A DNA stretch of 64,000 bases, from NCBI RefSeq assembly GCF_004010195.1, contig NC_057752.1, positions 9,185,323-9,249,322 on the forward strand, in the 5' to 3' direction. Below, in pieces: positions 26,524 through 38,147 of the stretch. Every line of letters starts with the position of its first letter. Positions within the stretch are counted from its first letter, which is position 1. Source of the stretch: Chiloscyllium plagiosum (lineage: Eukaryota). A program made the translations under genes and the position numbers. The notes beneath the pieces are model-generated. The model had not been told where the DNA came from, made no database searches, and saw only the letters and a list, made by a program, of their open reading frames with translations.

Positions 26524-28466
26524 TATAGTAATTGTCACGAGATCAGCCAGGTGGACTTCCATGGAGTATGAGTTCCCTGATTGGACTAGATGAACAGCCC
26601 CATTCAGGGAGCCTTGCCTGACCGATAACAATAGGATTGCGAGCTGGCTCGTTGTCGTTACTGCTGGTATATATGGACTTGAGTCAAGTGAGACTCTTGT
26701 TGACCTAAATAGAGTCATGGAATCATAGAAATGTACAGCACAGAAACAGACCCTTTGGTCCAACTCGTCCATGCCGACCAGATATCCCAACCCAAACTAG
26801 TCCCACCTGCCGGCACCTGGCCCACATCCCTCCAAACCCTTCCTATTCATATACCATCCAGATGCCTTTTAAATGTTGCAATTGCACTAGCCTCCATCGC
26901 TTCCTCTGGCAGCTCATTCCATACACGCGTCACTCTCTGCGTGAAAAAGTTGCCCCTTAGGTCTCTCTTATATCTTTCCCTTCTCACCCTAAACCTATGC
27001 CGTCTAGTTCTGGACTCCCCGACCCCAGGGAAAAGACTTTGTCTACTTATCCTATCCATGCCCCTTATGATTTTATAAGCCTCGGGATTGGATGCAGATA
27101 TAGCTGCATTGGTGGGCAGTGCTCAGTGTGCCAACAAAGGACAATATTTACTGTCAGCAGCTCTGCCACATTTGTGGGAATGGCTAGGTAAACCCTGGAC
27201 TCAGTTACAAGTCGACTATGCATGTCCTTTCATGGGTTTAATGTTCTTAATCACTGTGGACACCCACTCAAATTAGTTGTACGTGCATAGAGTTCATTCA
27301 TCATACATGGGGATGATGTAGAAAAACCACAGGCATCTTTTGCAATACATGGACTCCTGGAAGTTTCGGTCAGAGTTAAAGGGCCATCGTTTACCAGCAT
27401 GGAATTTTGAGTATTTCCGAAAGTTGAATGGTGTTCGCCATTCAAGGACAGCTCCATATCATCCAATAGTCTGACAGAAAGAGCAGTCCAAACTTTGAAG
27501 GTAAGCTTAAAGAAACCACTTACAGCTTTACTTGATCCCAAACTGTCCCGGTTCCTATTTGATTATAGGACCACCCCTCATACAACCCCAGCTGAGTTGC
27601 TAATGGGGAGAAGACTCTGCACCAGATTAAATCTGATCTTTCCATACTTGGGGGAGGGTCAAACGGCATCAGGAACATCAATGCTGGAAACAAGACTCTG
27701 CTAAACGAGAAAGCCAGTTGACCTCACTGGACAAAGTTTGGTGTCAGAACCACTGGCGTAGCCCCGCATGGGTAAGAGGCATGGTCTACGTGAAGTCAGG
27801 TCCAGTGATTTATAAAGTTCGGGTTGTGTGACAGTCCTGAACAAGCACATGGCCCACACAAAAGCTGCAAATTCGCAAGTAATGCCAGAGCAAAAGGTGC
27901 CCGGTTCCTCAACAACCATTCTGACTGTTCTGGAATGCAGGAGTTCTCACTCTTCGTCAAGTAATGACGATATCTTTAGAATCTAAGATGGACACAGGCA
28001 GATGCTGATGCCTTTGCTGCCTGGAGAAGAGAATGAAGTTTTTCCTGGTGCAAGAGGAGAATTACTTTTGAGTTGCCCATATCAGGCAGAGTTGGAGGAA
28101 CCTGACCTGGTGTTAAAACTCCCCTGGAGGAGCTAAAAGAGAGAACAGGCCTTTGCCCTTGAACTCAGTGGGGGAATAAGTGTTGTGATTGTTAACAAAG
28201 TCAGCCAGCTGGACCTCAGTGTGAGTTCCCTGATTTGGGGCTGTTTAATCTGGTCCAATCTGAGAACCCTGGCTGACAGAGATAAATAGGAGTGCCAGAC
28301 GTCCTGCTTACTCTATTTGCCACTCCTGTTCTTCAAATTTATAAAGAGGAGTGTCAGAGGTTCTGCTCACTTAAAGCTGGCCGGGATGGGGCTGAACCAG
28401 GTATCAAGGACTTTCCATCTGTTAATGAAGGGCGACTTGGATACTAGCCTCTGTGGAGTTATTTCA
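26524..28466 (+). mobile_element. Internally deleted Ty3/Gypsy LTR retrotransposon (integrase remnant, two LTR-like ends)
   Basis: Integrase-like HLWEWLGKPWTQLQVDYACPFMG and SRFLFDYRTTPHTTPAELLMGRRL. Purine tract ggggaataag precedes a 3' LTR TG..CA at 28181-28466. Similar start (tcagccag.tggac..gagttccctgatt) at 26524. Confidence 0.8.
26711..27080 (-). mobile_element. CR1 3' tail nested in the Gypsy element
   Basis: RYKRDLRGNFFTQRVTRVWNELPEE; near-identical to the tails at 14768 and 36305. Confidence 0.9.
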
Positions 28467-30479
28467 ATAACAACAGCATCGTTGCATGCATTAATTCAGT
28501 CTCTAAGTTCACCCATCTTGTGCGTTATGCTTGCATTGAAGCAAAACAGTTCAAGCCTCCAGTTCCGCTGACCTCCGCAATCTCTCTCCGGCTAATGTCC
28601 CTTTGCTATGTTTGCCTTGGTCTCAAGCTTGTCCCGTCCTTATAATTACTGTCCTGCTCTACTTCCCACCCCCCTACTACACTTGCTTAGACCCTTCTGT
28701 GTAACACTATCAAACCTCCCTGCCAGGGTATTAGTGTCCCTCCAGTTTAGATGCAACCCATCCTTCTTGTACAGGACCCACCTTCCCTGGAAGCCTTCCC
28801 AATGAGCCACAAATCTGAAGCCCTCCCCACTACATCAGCTCTTTAGCCACGTGCTCAATTGAGATGAGTTCAACCTTGATCATATTAAATGGTATAGTAG
28901 TCTTTAGGGCCTGAATTGCTGCTTCCTGCTCCTAGCTCTTATGTTAGGATTTTGAGGTCAATGTTTTATTGTCTGTGGCGCAGCTTTAATGTGCGGATGT
29001 ACTGTAGATAAATGACATAGCTGATAACACTAGTTACTCATTGCTACTTCTGATTAATACTGCATCAGTGGGTAAAGTTTGGCGATTCAAAACTTTTGTT
29101 TGGTTAAATGTTGCCTTTTAACTTCTGCTTGTACTCTTGCATTTTGTACACCATTTATTCTGCGTTAGTTTCTGGGAAGTATAAAGTTGAAGGAATAATC
29201 CATTCAAGATCGTACAGATCATCTTCTAATAGCTGAGTTTTGCTGAATAGGATTTGACAGCAGTCCTTGGACTGGGCATTGCTCATTCCATTGAAAAGTT
29301 GGACTTCATTTCCTATGCCCCTAGTACAATGGATAATGTATTTGATGGATCAGAAGATTGCAGGCTTGACTCCCACATGTCTTTAATGCACTTGTGGGGA
29401 GATGGTGGTGTAATGCTACTGCTACTGGACTGTCTTCCAGAAGCCGCCTCTAATTTTTAAAGGGTCTTATGGTGCAGTGATAGTGTCCCTTTCTCTGGGC
29501 CAGAAGGTCCAGGTTGATGTCTCGCCTGCCCAGAGGTGTGTCATAACACATTTCAACTGGTTGATTTTAAAAATAAATAACAAATAAGCACTTGTTGGGT
29601 GCTCTTGCCAACGAGCTCATGCCACAAGACCCGGGACTTTAAGAGGAGACTCTTTTACTCATTGGATTATATTTTTTTTGTCTCTCCACTTGTCATTAAT
29701 TTTCAAGTTGGAAATGTACCTTTATCCTGCCAATTTTGAGTCAGAAGAATTTTTTTTTTAAATTACATTTCAATAACTGTTCCTCTACTTTTTTTTTAGA
29801 AAGTGCCTGTTTGTAATTTGCACTAGTCGCCAACTCATGTTGTTATGTTTCCTACATAGTGCAAGATAATAGCAATGGCTTTCTTTGGAAACAAAATCTC
29901 ATTTGCAGTTGGGTTATCTGACTGTACTGTTGAGGTAATTGCTCATAACTTTATAGTCACTATAAAATAATCTCATGGTCCATTCAAAAGAAGATCGGGG
30001 TGTTCTCAGTGTCTTGGCCAAGATTTTCCGTTGCAGGTAATGCCATTAAAACTGAACTGAGCATTTTATAATGTCAAAACATAGATAATACGTGTGTGTG
30101 CGCGCGCACAGAACTTTTGGCTCGTTTTGTAATTACATTTACTCCCTCTACTTCCTACCTCCATTAACCTTTCGCAATTATCCATTTGTCCGTTTTAATT
30201 TTGATTGTAAAATGAGAGATTAAGACAGCAATTAGGTACAAAGAAATTCCACAGAAATAAACTTTGTGTTTACCTTTTTTTTTTTCTTCTGTTCTAAATC
30301 TCTTGCATTTGATTTCTGCATGGGCCCTGGAAATATTGTTTTAAGGAATGGGGACCACCTGGATGGGAGGCTGAGAGAAATTACAGTGTAGAAAGTATCA
30401 CAATATGAATATTTAACCTGCTGATGTTTGAAAATTTATGCTATGGGATCTGTACCTTCACCTGAGAGGGTAGATTGGG

Positions 30480-30645
30480 TCTTGCTTTAACCCCTCTTCC
30501 TCCAAATGGTCCCTCTGATCCCTCTGGCAGTGCAGCAGTCCCTCAGTTCTGGATTCTGTATTGGCTTAGATTTTGTGCTCCAGTCTCTGAAGTCAGATTG
30601 ATCCTGCAACCTTCTGATTTGAATAAAGTGATACCACTGAGGCAT
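30480..30645 (-). mobile_element. Deu-SINE (SacSINE1-like) 5' remnant
   Basis: Minus strand ctcagtggtatcact..tcagaaggttgcagg..cagagactggagcacaaaatctaagc..actgagggactgctgcactg resembles the recalled SacSINE1 head. Confidence 0.5.
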
Positions 30646-31167
30646 TGCTGGGACCTGGAAGGCTAAGGTCTCCATTGCTTTAAGAGCAACAGCAAATTGC
30701 ATTTACAAAGTGTCATTAACGTGATAGTATGTCTTCATGTTTCACAGGAGTACTGTCAAACAAAATTTGATGCTGGATTATATTAAGAGACAGGGAAGAT
30801 GACCCCAAGCTTGATCCTAGTGTAGGATTTAATGAGTCTCTGCATGTAGAAAAGTGGAGAGGTTTATGGAGGGAATTCTGCAGCCTGGAGATCAGGCTAC
30901 TAGGTTTTTAATTTTCCTCTACCTTTTTTATTCTCTAGTGTCTTGCTCCTTTTAAACCACTGACCGTGGATACAACTTCTTAATTTGGTACAATATTTAA
31001 GAACTTGAGAAATAGGAGCAGGCATAGGCCATTTAGCCCCTGAAGCCTGCTGTCATTCAACAAGATCATAGTTGATTTGAAATGCGAAGTGTATAAGGCA
31101 GCATGAATCTATCTTTTGCTTATCTTTTAGATAGCCCTGTAAAAAGATTTTCTTCACACAAATCTAC

Positions 31168-31801
31168 TGTTATGGACTAGACTAAAAGCCCTCAAAATAT
31201 ATTAAGAAGGTAGTCTTTTCTTATTTTTAAAGGCAAGTGTAAGGTGTTGTTGTGTGCCCAATGAAATTCAATCGGTCAAACTATCAGGTTTGAAGTGAAA
31301 CCAGTTTGTTCTTATGCTATCGCTTAAAATAAAAACAAAAGAAAGAAGAATTGGAATAACTTAATCTACTATTCTGTCAACTACTAAACAGCAACTGTTC
31401 CAGTATAGTAACATCCCATAGACCCACACACTTGGCAAAGGCGTATTCTATAAAGTAGGTTGTCTCACGTGTGGTTGTCTCACGTGTGGTTCTCCAGTCC
31501 AGAAAGAACATCAAGAGAAAACAGAGTTCAAGAATTTTGCTGTGGGAGGGGGAGATGTTTAGCAGCTTCCAAACCCCAACTGCTACTCAAAGTTCAACTA
31601 AAATCCTGGTTCTTTTGGGAGCTTGACCCCACCCCTTCATGCTCTTTCCGTTATTCCAATTTAAAAAAAAACCCAAGACACCTCAAGCTGTTTAGTTTAC
31701 TGGCTTGGAACAGTCCATCCAGCACCTGTCTCTCAACCTTTGCCCTTTTTTTAATAAAATGAAGAAAATACTCTTCTTTTAAAGCCATAGTATCATCACG
31801 C
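31168..31801 (-). mobile_element. Solo LTR (family also at 42040-42415, 48811-49417, possibly 61851-62556 on +)
   Basis: Shared start tgttatgg.c.ag and internal blocks among the copies. Flanked by CTAC (31164-31167 / 31802-31805). Confidence 0.6.
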
Positions 31802-32800
31802 CTACTCATCTGTCTAGGATGTGACTGGGTTCCTTGTGTTTGTGGTGTTCTTCCTTGCTGACATGGGCAACTGGTGATCAGAGATGGTGTCATTTGTTTG
31901 GTTTAAAATCCTCCTTCAGCACCTCTGCCATTTAAAACAATTTAGAATTTGTGAATTTAAGTTAGCTGGAATGAAGTGCAGTTGTCTTGCAGGTAATGTT
32001 TCACCTACTAGCTTGGGACCTGTTTGTGAAGCTCTTTTGAGATAAGAGCATAATCCAATAGGAGCAGGAGTAGGCCATCTGGCCTGTTAGGCCTGCTCCG
32101 CCATTCAGTAAGATCATGGCTGACTTTTTTTTATGGCCTCCACCAACCTGCCCTCACACCATAATCCTTAATTATAGGCAGTGTTTTTATTTGGAACGAA
32201 GTTTGCTGAGTGCATTAACTAAACATCCCACTTTATTTCTGTGATTACCTCAGGTTTTTTTTTCTGTTGATTACTCCGGATAGTGGGACTTTTGTCATCA
32301 AATCTGGACTCGTTGGCAATAACCTAAATGCATGTCATCTGTCATTATTCATTTAATTTTTGTTTGTGATTTCACTTTCCTATTAACAACCTCATCTGCA
32401 CTGAATGTAAGTGTTGTTAGAATGGATGCATTGTTGCAAAAACTGATCAATTTCCTTCCTTGCATAACATCGGCATAGTTTAATGTTCTGAGTTGGAACC
32501 CGTTTTCCTGCAAGGGCGTTAACTTGTTTTGTGGTCGGGGATAAAACCTGAAACTTTCCTGTCTGTGTTTTCACTTGGTACCAGGAACTTGTTAAATGAA
32601 CCACCCAAGGAGCTGCATTTGGATAGATTTCTAAATTGCACTTACACCTGTTTGAAACATGTTTGCTCAGAAGGCTCTTACTTAGGGCGTCTAGGTAATA
32701 ATTGCTTGCCTTGCAAGTGACATACACATGGGCAAGAGGAACTATATCCCTCTTTGAATCAAGTTTTTTGTTTTTTAACTAGAATAATTGCTCCACTGTG

Positions 32801-32996
32801 GGGAGAAAGTGAGGTCTGCAGATGCTGGAGATCAAAGTTGAAACTTTATTGCTGGAACAGCACAGCAGGTCAGGCAGCATCCAGGGAACAGGAGATTCGA
32901 CGTTTCCTGAAGAAGGGCCTGTGCCCGAAACGTCGAATCTCCTGTTCCCTGGATGCTGCCTGACCTGCTGTGCTGTTCCAGCAATAAAGTTTCAAC
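32801..32996. mobile_element. Young PLE-derived fold-back element
   Basis: Perfect 71-bp inverted arms 32836-32906 / 32927-32997 and a perfect 16-bp TSD taattgctccactgtg (32785-32800 / 32997-33012). Confidence 0.92.
32904..32937 (+). ncRNA. Minimal type-I hammerhead ribozyme-like motif
   Basis: TTC-CTGAAGA-A-GGGC-ctgt-GCCC-GAAACGTC-GAA: stem I TTC/GAA, stem II GGGC/GCCC, palindromic ACGT stem III, GUC triplet ending at 32934. Confidence 0.7.
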
Positions 32997-34697
32997 TAAT
33001 TGCTCCACTGTGTCTACTGTACACCCGCAAAAAAGGCATAACCATCATCTTTGGCATTTTCCCAAAGGACACTTTTATAAAAATTTTCCACATCTCTTCA
33101 CCCTTTTTATAGAATGAGTGCCAATGAAGTTTAAGTTAAAAGCTGTACATAGGGAAATAAAATTCCAGTTTACTATAAATAAGCCAAGGGAAGTTCCTTG
33201 GAGGTCAATGAGAAATCAACAACAATGAAATGTTCTTAAGCACGTACTTCAAAGAGAATGCTTACAGATGTGCATGACCTCCTTCGTACCTTACAACTCT
33301 GAAAAGGTTAGGTTTTTTTCCTCTTGGCTTCCCCCTCCCCCAAACTCAACTGCAATTTTTCATAAACACTTGGAGCCTAAAATAATGAGAATGTTGGATG
33401 GTGAGTCCAACACAGCATACAAATGCCAAAAAAAGTGAAATAAACAGTAGTTGCTGGAAAACCTCTGCAGGTCTGGCAGCAGCTGTGAAGAGAAATCAGG
33501 ATTAAGGTTTCTGGTCCAGTGACTCTTCCTCAGAACTGATGATGGTAGCTGGGAAAACGTTGGCTTATCTGCAGAAGATAGGAGAAGAGGGCAAGGAGTA
33601 AACAATAGATGGGGACAGCGCTCGAGAGAAGAACAGTTGGACAGACAAAAGAATGGGTAACGATCTGTCTAGGAGGGTGAACAGCTGTTAATGGAGACTG
33701 TTGGTGGCTAACAATAGGTGGTGTGTAATTGCAGAGGAGGTGATAACAAGGCCTTGTTATTAAGCCTGCTGATCAGGGTGGTGCTGTTGTAACCTGGCGT
33801 ACTGACCTCTGTTGTAGAGGCTGAGCACCAGCTCTCGGATACCTCCACGTATCTTCCCCTGGGCCATGGCCCCACCATGGCACAACAAGCCATTGTATCA
33901 ACTACAGTTACTAAGCTCATCTCATCTGGTGATTTCACATCCCGCCCCCCGCGCCCTCCCACCCCCTGCCTCCAAGCTGATTAGTCCCCCAGCCCCACAT
34001 AGCTCACTTCTACTTCCTTCTGAGAAGTCACAAACAGGACTGCCTGGTCAGACCCATTGTTTCAGTCTGCTCCTGCCCCACAGAACTCATCTCTTCCTGC
34101 TGTCCCTGCCCATGTACATCCGTGATTCCTCTGACACTTTATGCCAGTTTCGGAATTTTCTGTTTGCAGGCTCCAGCTGCCTTCTCTTTACCATGGACAT
34201 GCAATGCCTTTACACCTCCACCCCCCACCAAGTTGGTCTCAAGGCTCTCTGCTTCTTCCTGGAACAAAGGCCTGAACCGCTCCTTGGATGCTGCCTGAAC
34301 TGCTGTGCTCTCCCAGCACCACTAATCTAGAATCTGGTTTCCAGCATTTGCAGTCATTGTTTTTACCCCGTCCCCACCCACCACCACCCTTCTCTGCTTG
34401 GCCAACAACTTTTCTCTTTTAATTCCTCTCCTTTCCTTCACGTCAGAGGTGGCCATTGGCACCTGCATGGGCTCCAATAATGTCCTTGTGGGTGTATGTG
34501 GAATATTTCCTGTTCTGGCCCCCACCCACAGCCTCCTTCAATTTTATATCAGAGTGATATCATTGATGCTGCTTCCTTCTCGAGGCCAGAATTTAAAAAT
34601 TCATCTTTTTTTTTGTTTCCAATTTCCACCCCACCCTTGCTTTCACCTGGTCTATCTCTGACTCCTTCCTTCACTTCCTCAACATCTGTGTTTCCAT

Positions 34698-34982
34698 TTA
34701 GATTAGATTACTTAGTGTGGAAACAGGTCCTTTGGCCCAACAAGTCCACACCGACCCTCCGAAGAGAACCCACCCAGACCCGTTCCCCTACATTTACCCC
34801 TTCACCTAACACTACGGGCAATTTAGCATGGCTGTTCAACTAACCTACACATTTTTGGACTGTGGGAGGAAACCGGAGCACCTGGAGGAAACCCATGCAG
34901 ACACTGGAGAATGTGCAAACTGAGGTGGGAATTGAACCCGGGTCTCTGGCGCTGTGAGGCAGCAGTGCTAACCACTGTGCCC
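34698..34982 (-). mobile_element. HE1-type V-SINE nested in the PLE
   Basis: Reverse complement of 23549-23864 with small deletions. Confidence 0.9.
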
Positions 34983-35559
34983 AGAAATATCCACTACAAA
35001 CCCACTGACTCCCACAGTTACCTGGACTATACATCCTCACACCCTGCTTCCTGTAAAGACTCCATTCCATTCTTCCAGTTCCTCCGTCTCTGTCGCATCT
35101 GTTTCAATGAGGCCAGGGAAGCCAGGAAAATAATGAAACAAGGGAGCCTCAGAAATGTCCACTGCCTCCTTCAACCGAGGATTCCCCAGCACTGCTGTCG
35201 ATAGGGCCCTTAACCAGGTCTGACACCTCTTCCGCCCTCACCCCCTCTCTTCCCTCCTGCAACAGCAATAGGGTTCCCCATATCCTTACCTACCATTCCA
35301 CCAACATCCACATCCAGAAGATCATCAAATGCCATTTCCTCCAGCGAGATGCCACCACCAGACTCCCATTCCCTTCCTATCCCTTGTCCACCTTCCGCAG
35401 GGACCATTCCCTCTGGGGCACACTGGTGCACTCTTTCTTCACTCCCAGCATAGCCCCTGACACCTTCTGCAACCGCTGAAGGTGTAAAACTGCGTATCCA
35501 AGGGCTCAAACGTACCTTCCAGGCGAAACAGCACTTTACCTGTACTTCTCACAATCTAG

Positions 35560-35754
35560 AGTTTAGATCAGAGTGATGCTGGAAAAGCACAGCAGGTCAG
35601 GCAGCATCTGAGGAGTAGGAAAATCGACGTTTCGGGCAAAAGCCTTTCATCAGGAATAGTCTATTTTCCTGCTCGGATGCTGCCTGACCTGTGCTTTTCC
35701 AGCACCACTCTGATCTAAACTCTGGTTTCCAGCATCTGCAGTCCTCTCTTTTGC
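35560..35754. mobile_element. PLE-derived fold-back element nested in the GIY-YIG coding remnant
   Basis: Inverted arms. TSD cttctcacaatctag (35545-35559) / cttctctcaatctag (35755-35769). Minus-strand CTGATGAAAGGCTTTTGCCCGAAACGTC at ~35626-35653. Confidence 0.85.
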
Positions 35755-36226
35755 CTTCTCTCAATCTAGTCTACTGCCTTCAATGCTTACAATGTGATCT
35801 CCTCAACATTGGGAAAACAAAGCGTAGACTGGGTGATGGCTTCACAGAAATGACCCTGAGCTTCCAGTTGCCTGCTACTTTAACACCCCACCTTGTTCCC
35901 TGGTGAATCTCTCTGTCTCGGGTGTGCTGCAGTGCTCCAGAGAAACTCAGCACAAGCTGGAAGAACAACACCTCATTTTTCCAGTTGTGGACCATGCAGC
36001 CCTCTGGACTCAATGTTAGGCATGAACTCCTCATCCTCCGTACTCGTCTGCACATGGTGTGCCATTGCACACTATCTCTCATGCTGTTCGCCCTCCTAGC
36101 CAGATCGTTGTCCACTCCTTTGTCGGTCCAACTGTTTTCTCTCTCTCTATGGGCTCTATCCCCACCTATTGGTTACTCCTTACCCCCATCGTCTGCACAT
36201 AAACCAACATTTTCCCACTTACCGTC

Positions 36227-36264
36227 GGTTCTGAGGAAGGGTCAACAGGCCTGAAACGTTAACC
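36227..36264 (+). ncRNA. Minimal type-I hammerhead ribozyme-like motif in the PLE 3' pLTR
   Basis: GGTT-CTGAGGA-A-GGGTC-aaca-GGCCT-GAAACGTT-AACC: 4-bp stem I GGTT/AACC, palindromic ACGT, GUU triplet. Confidence 0.68.
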
Positions 36265-36304
36265 CTGATTTCTCTTCAGATGCTGTTTTGTTTCTGAATT
36301 ACAT

Positions 36305-36998
36305 CATACAGTCATAGAGATGTACAGCATGGAAACAGACCCTTCAGTCCAACCTGTCTGTGCCGACCAGATATCTCAACCCAATCTAGTCCCACCTGCC
36401 AGCACCCGGCCCATCTCCCTCCAAACCCTTCCTATTCATATACCCACCCAAATGCCTTTTAACTGTTGCAATTGTACCAGCCTCCTCCACTTCCTCTGGC
36501 AGCTCATTCCATACCCGTACCACCCTCTGCGTGAAAACGTTGCCCCTTGGGTCTCTTTTATATCTTCCCCTCTCACCCTAAACCTATGCCCTCCAGTTCT
36601 GGAATCCCCAACCCCAGGGAAAAGACTTTGTCTATTTATCCTATCCATGCCCCTCATAATTTTGTAAACCTCTATAAGGTCACCCCTCAGCCCCTCCCAA
36701 CTCCTGTACTCAATACTCTGACCAATAAAGGAAAGCATACCAAACGCCGCCTTCACTATCCTATCTACCTGCGACTCCACTTTCAAGGAGCTATGAACCT
36801 GCACTCCAAGGTCTCTTTGTTCAGTAGGACCTGACCATTAAGTGTATACGTCCTGCTAAGATTTGCTTTCCCAAAATGCAGCACCTCGCATTTATCTGAA
36901 TTAAACTCCATCTGCCACTTCTCGGCCCATTGGCCCATCTGATCAAGATCCTGTTGTAATCTAAAGTAACCTTCTTTGCTGTCCACTACACCTCCAAT
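36305..36998 (-). mobile_element. CR1 LINE 3' fragment with ~200 bp internal deletion
   Basis: Near-identical to 14768-15660 but lacks a block at ~36692. The junction has cctcc microhomology. Confidence 0.9.
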
Positions 36999-37283
36999 CA
37001 TATGCGGTTCTTTTGATTTTTTTTTTATTAGAAGATGAGAGGTAGTTGGTTACAAGAGCGAATTTTTTTGCAGACCGGTTTATGGAATAATATTTGAACA
37101 GAAGAAATTGTTCACAACAGCAACTCCAGGGTGTGAATTCTGTGGAGGAGTGGAAACTTTATTCCACTTGTTTCGTGCTTTTTCAAGGTTGTGGCAAGAT
37201 AATGTTAACAGCAAAAAGTACAAAAATGTCCCCATTGGGTTGATGATTGATCGACTCGGCTGCCTTGACCACACGCTCTCTTA

Positions 37284-37608
37284 CTTTCGGAGTGCTGCTC
37301 CTTCATCAGGTGGTTGTGGAGTATAAAGATCATAAAACACAGAATTTATAGCAAAAGTTTACAGTGTGATGTAACTGAAATTATATATTGGAAAAGGCCT
37401 GGATTATTTGTCTTTTTCAAAGTATATTTCAGTTGTATCACACTGTAAACTTTTGCTATAATGTCTTACGATCTTATGCTCCACAACCACCTGATGAAGG
37501 AGCAGCACTCCGAAAGCTAGTGCTTCCAAATAAACCTTCTGGACTATAACCTGGGTGTTGTGATTTTTAACTTTGTACACCCCAGTCCAACACCGGCACC
37601 TCCAAATC
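37284..37608. mobile_element. PLE-derived fold-back element, same family as 20849-21764 but shorter
   Basis: Inverted arms turning at ~37400, with ctttcggagtgctgctccttcatcaggtggttgtggag matching its reverse complement at ~37478-37516. Confidence 0.85.
37488..37522 (+). ncRNA. Minimal type-I hammerhead ribozyme-like motif
   Basis: CAC-CTGATGA-A-GGAG-cagca-CTCC-GAAAGCTA-GTG: stem I CAC/GTG, stem II GGAG/CTCC, palindromic AGCT. Confidence 0.68.
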
Positions 37609-37856
37609 CATCCTATTAAACAGTAAGCAAAGTGGTTTTGTTCTTGATAGACTAAGGACCTGAACCTACTCTTACCCATAGGCTCCCTTAGAAAACATTC
37701 CTGATTTATGTTTTAAATGGCATGGAACTAAAGGAAGAACTTGCACTTTTATATAATGCTGCCCTCTATCTCAGGAAACCACAAAATGCTTTATAGCCAA
37801 TTAACAACCAGTTTTAAATCGTAATATCACAATCGTGATTCAATGTTGAAATGTAG

Positions 37857-38054
37857 GTAAAAATAATGACTGCAAATGCTGGAAATCAGATTCTGGATTA
37901 GAGTGGTGCTGGAAAAGCACAGCAGTTCAGGCAGCATCCGAGGAGCAGGAAAATCGATGTTTCGGGCAATAGCCCTTCATCAGGAATACAGCCATTTTCC
38001 TGCTCTGATGTTGCCTGAACTGCTGTGCTTTTCCAGCACCACTCTAATCCCAGA
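37857..38054. mobile_element. PLE-derived fold-back element
   Basis: Inverted arms. Imperfect TSD atgttgaaatgtag (37843-37856) / atattgaattgtag (38055-38068). Minus-strand CTGATGAAGGGCTATTGCCCGAAACATC. Confidence 0.85.
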
Positions 38055-38147
38055 ATATTGAATTGTAGTTGGATCTAAAACTGCTTCTGCAATTTGAGTA
38101 ACACAATCTGCTATTTGCTTGAGAATGTGAATGAGATTTGAAATACA

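Larger units (their letters stand above)
33425..36295 (+). mobile_element. Neptune-type Penelope-like element remnant (RT plus GIY-YIG) bracketed by inverted pLTRs
   Basis: RT: YIRDSSDTL..LLFTMDMQCLYTSTPH..GLKAL and NNFS..VAIGTCMG. Thumb: YKPTDSHSYLDYTSSHPASCKDSIPFFQFLRLCRIC. GIY-YIG: NLVYCLQCLQCDLLNIGKTKRRLGDGFTE. 33425-33745 is a diverged reverse complement of ~36020-36295. Confidence 0.85.
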
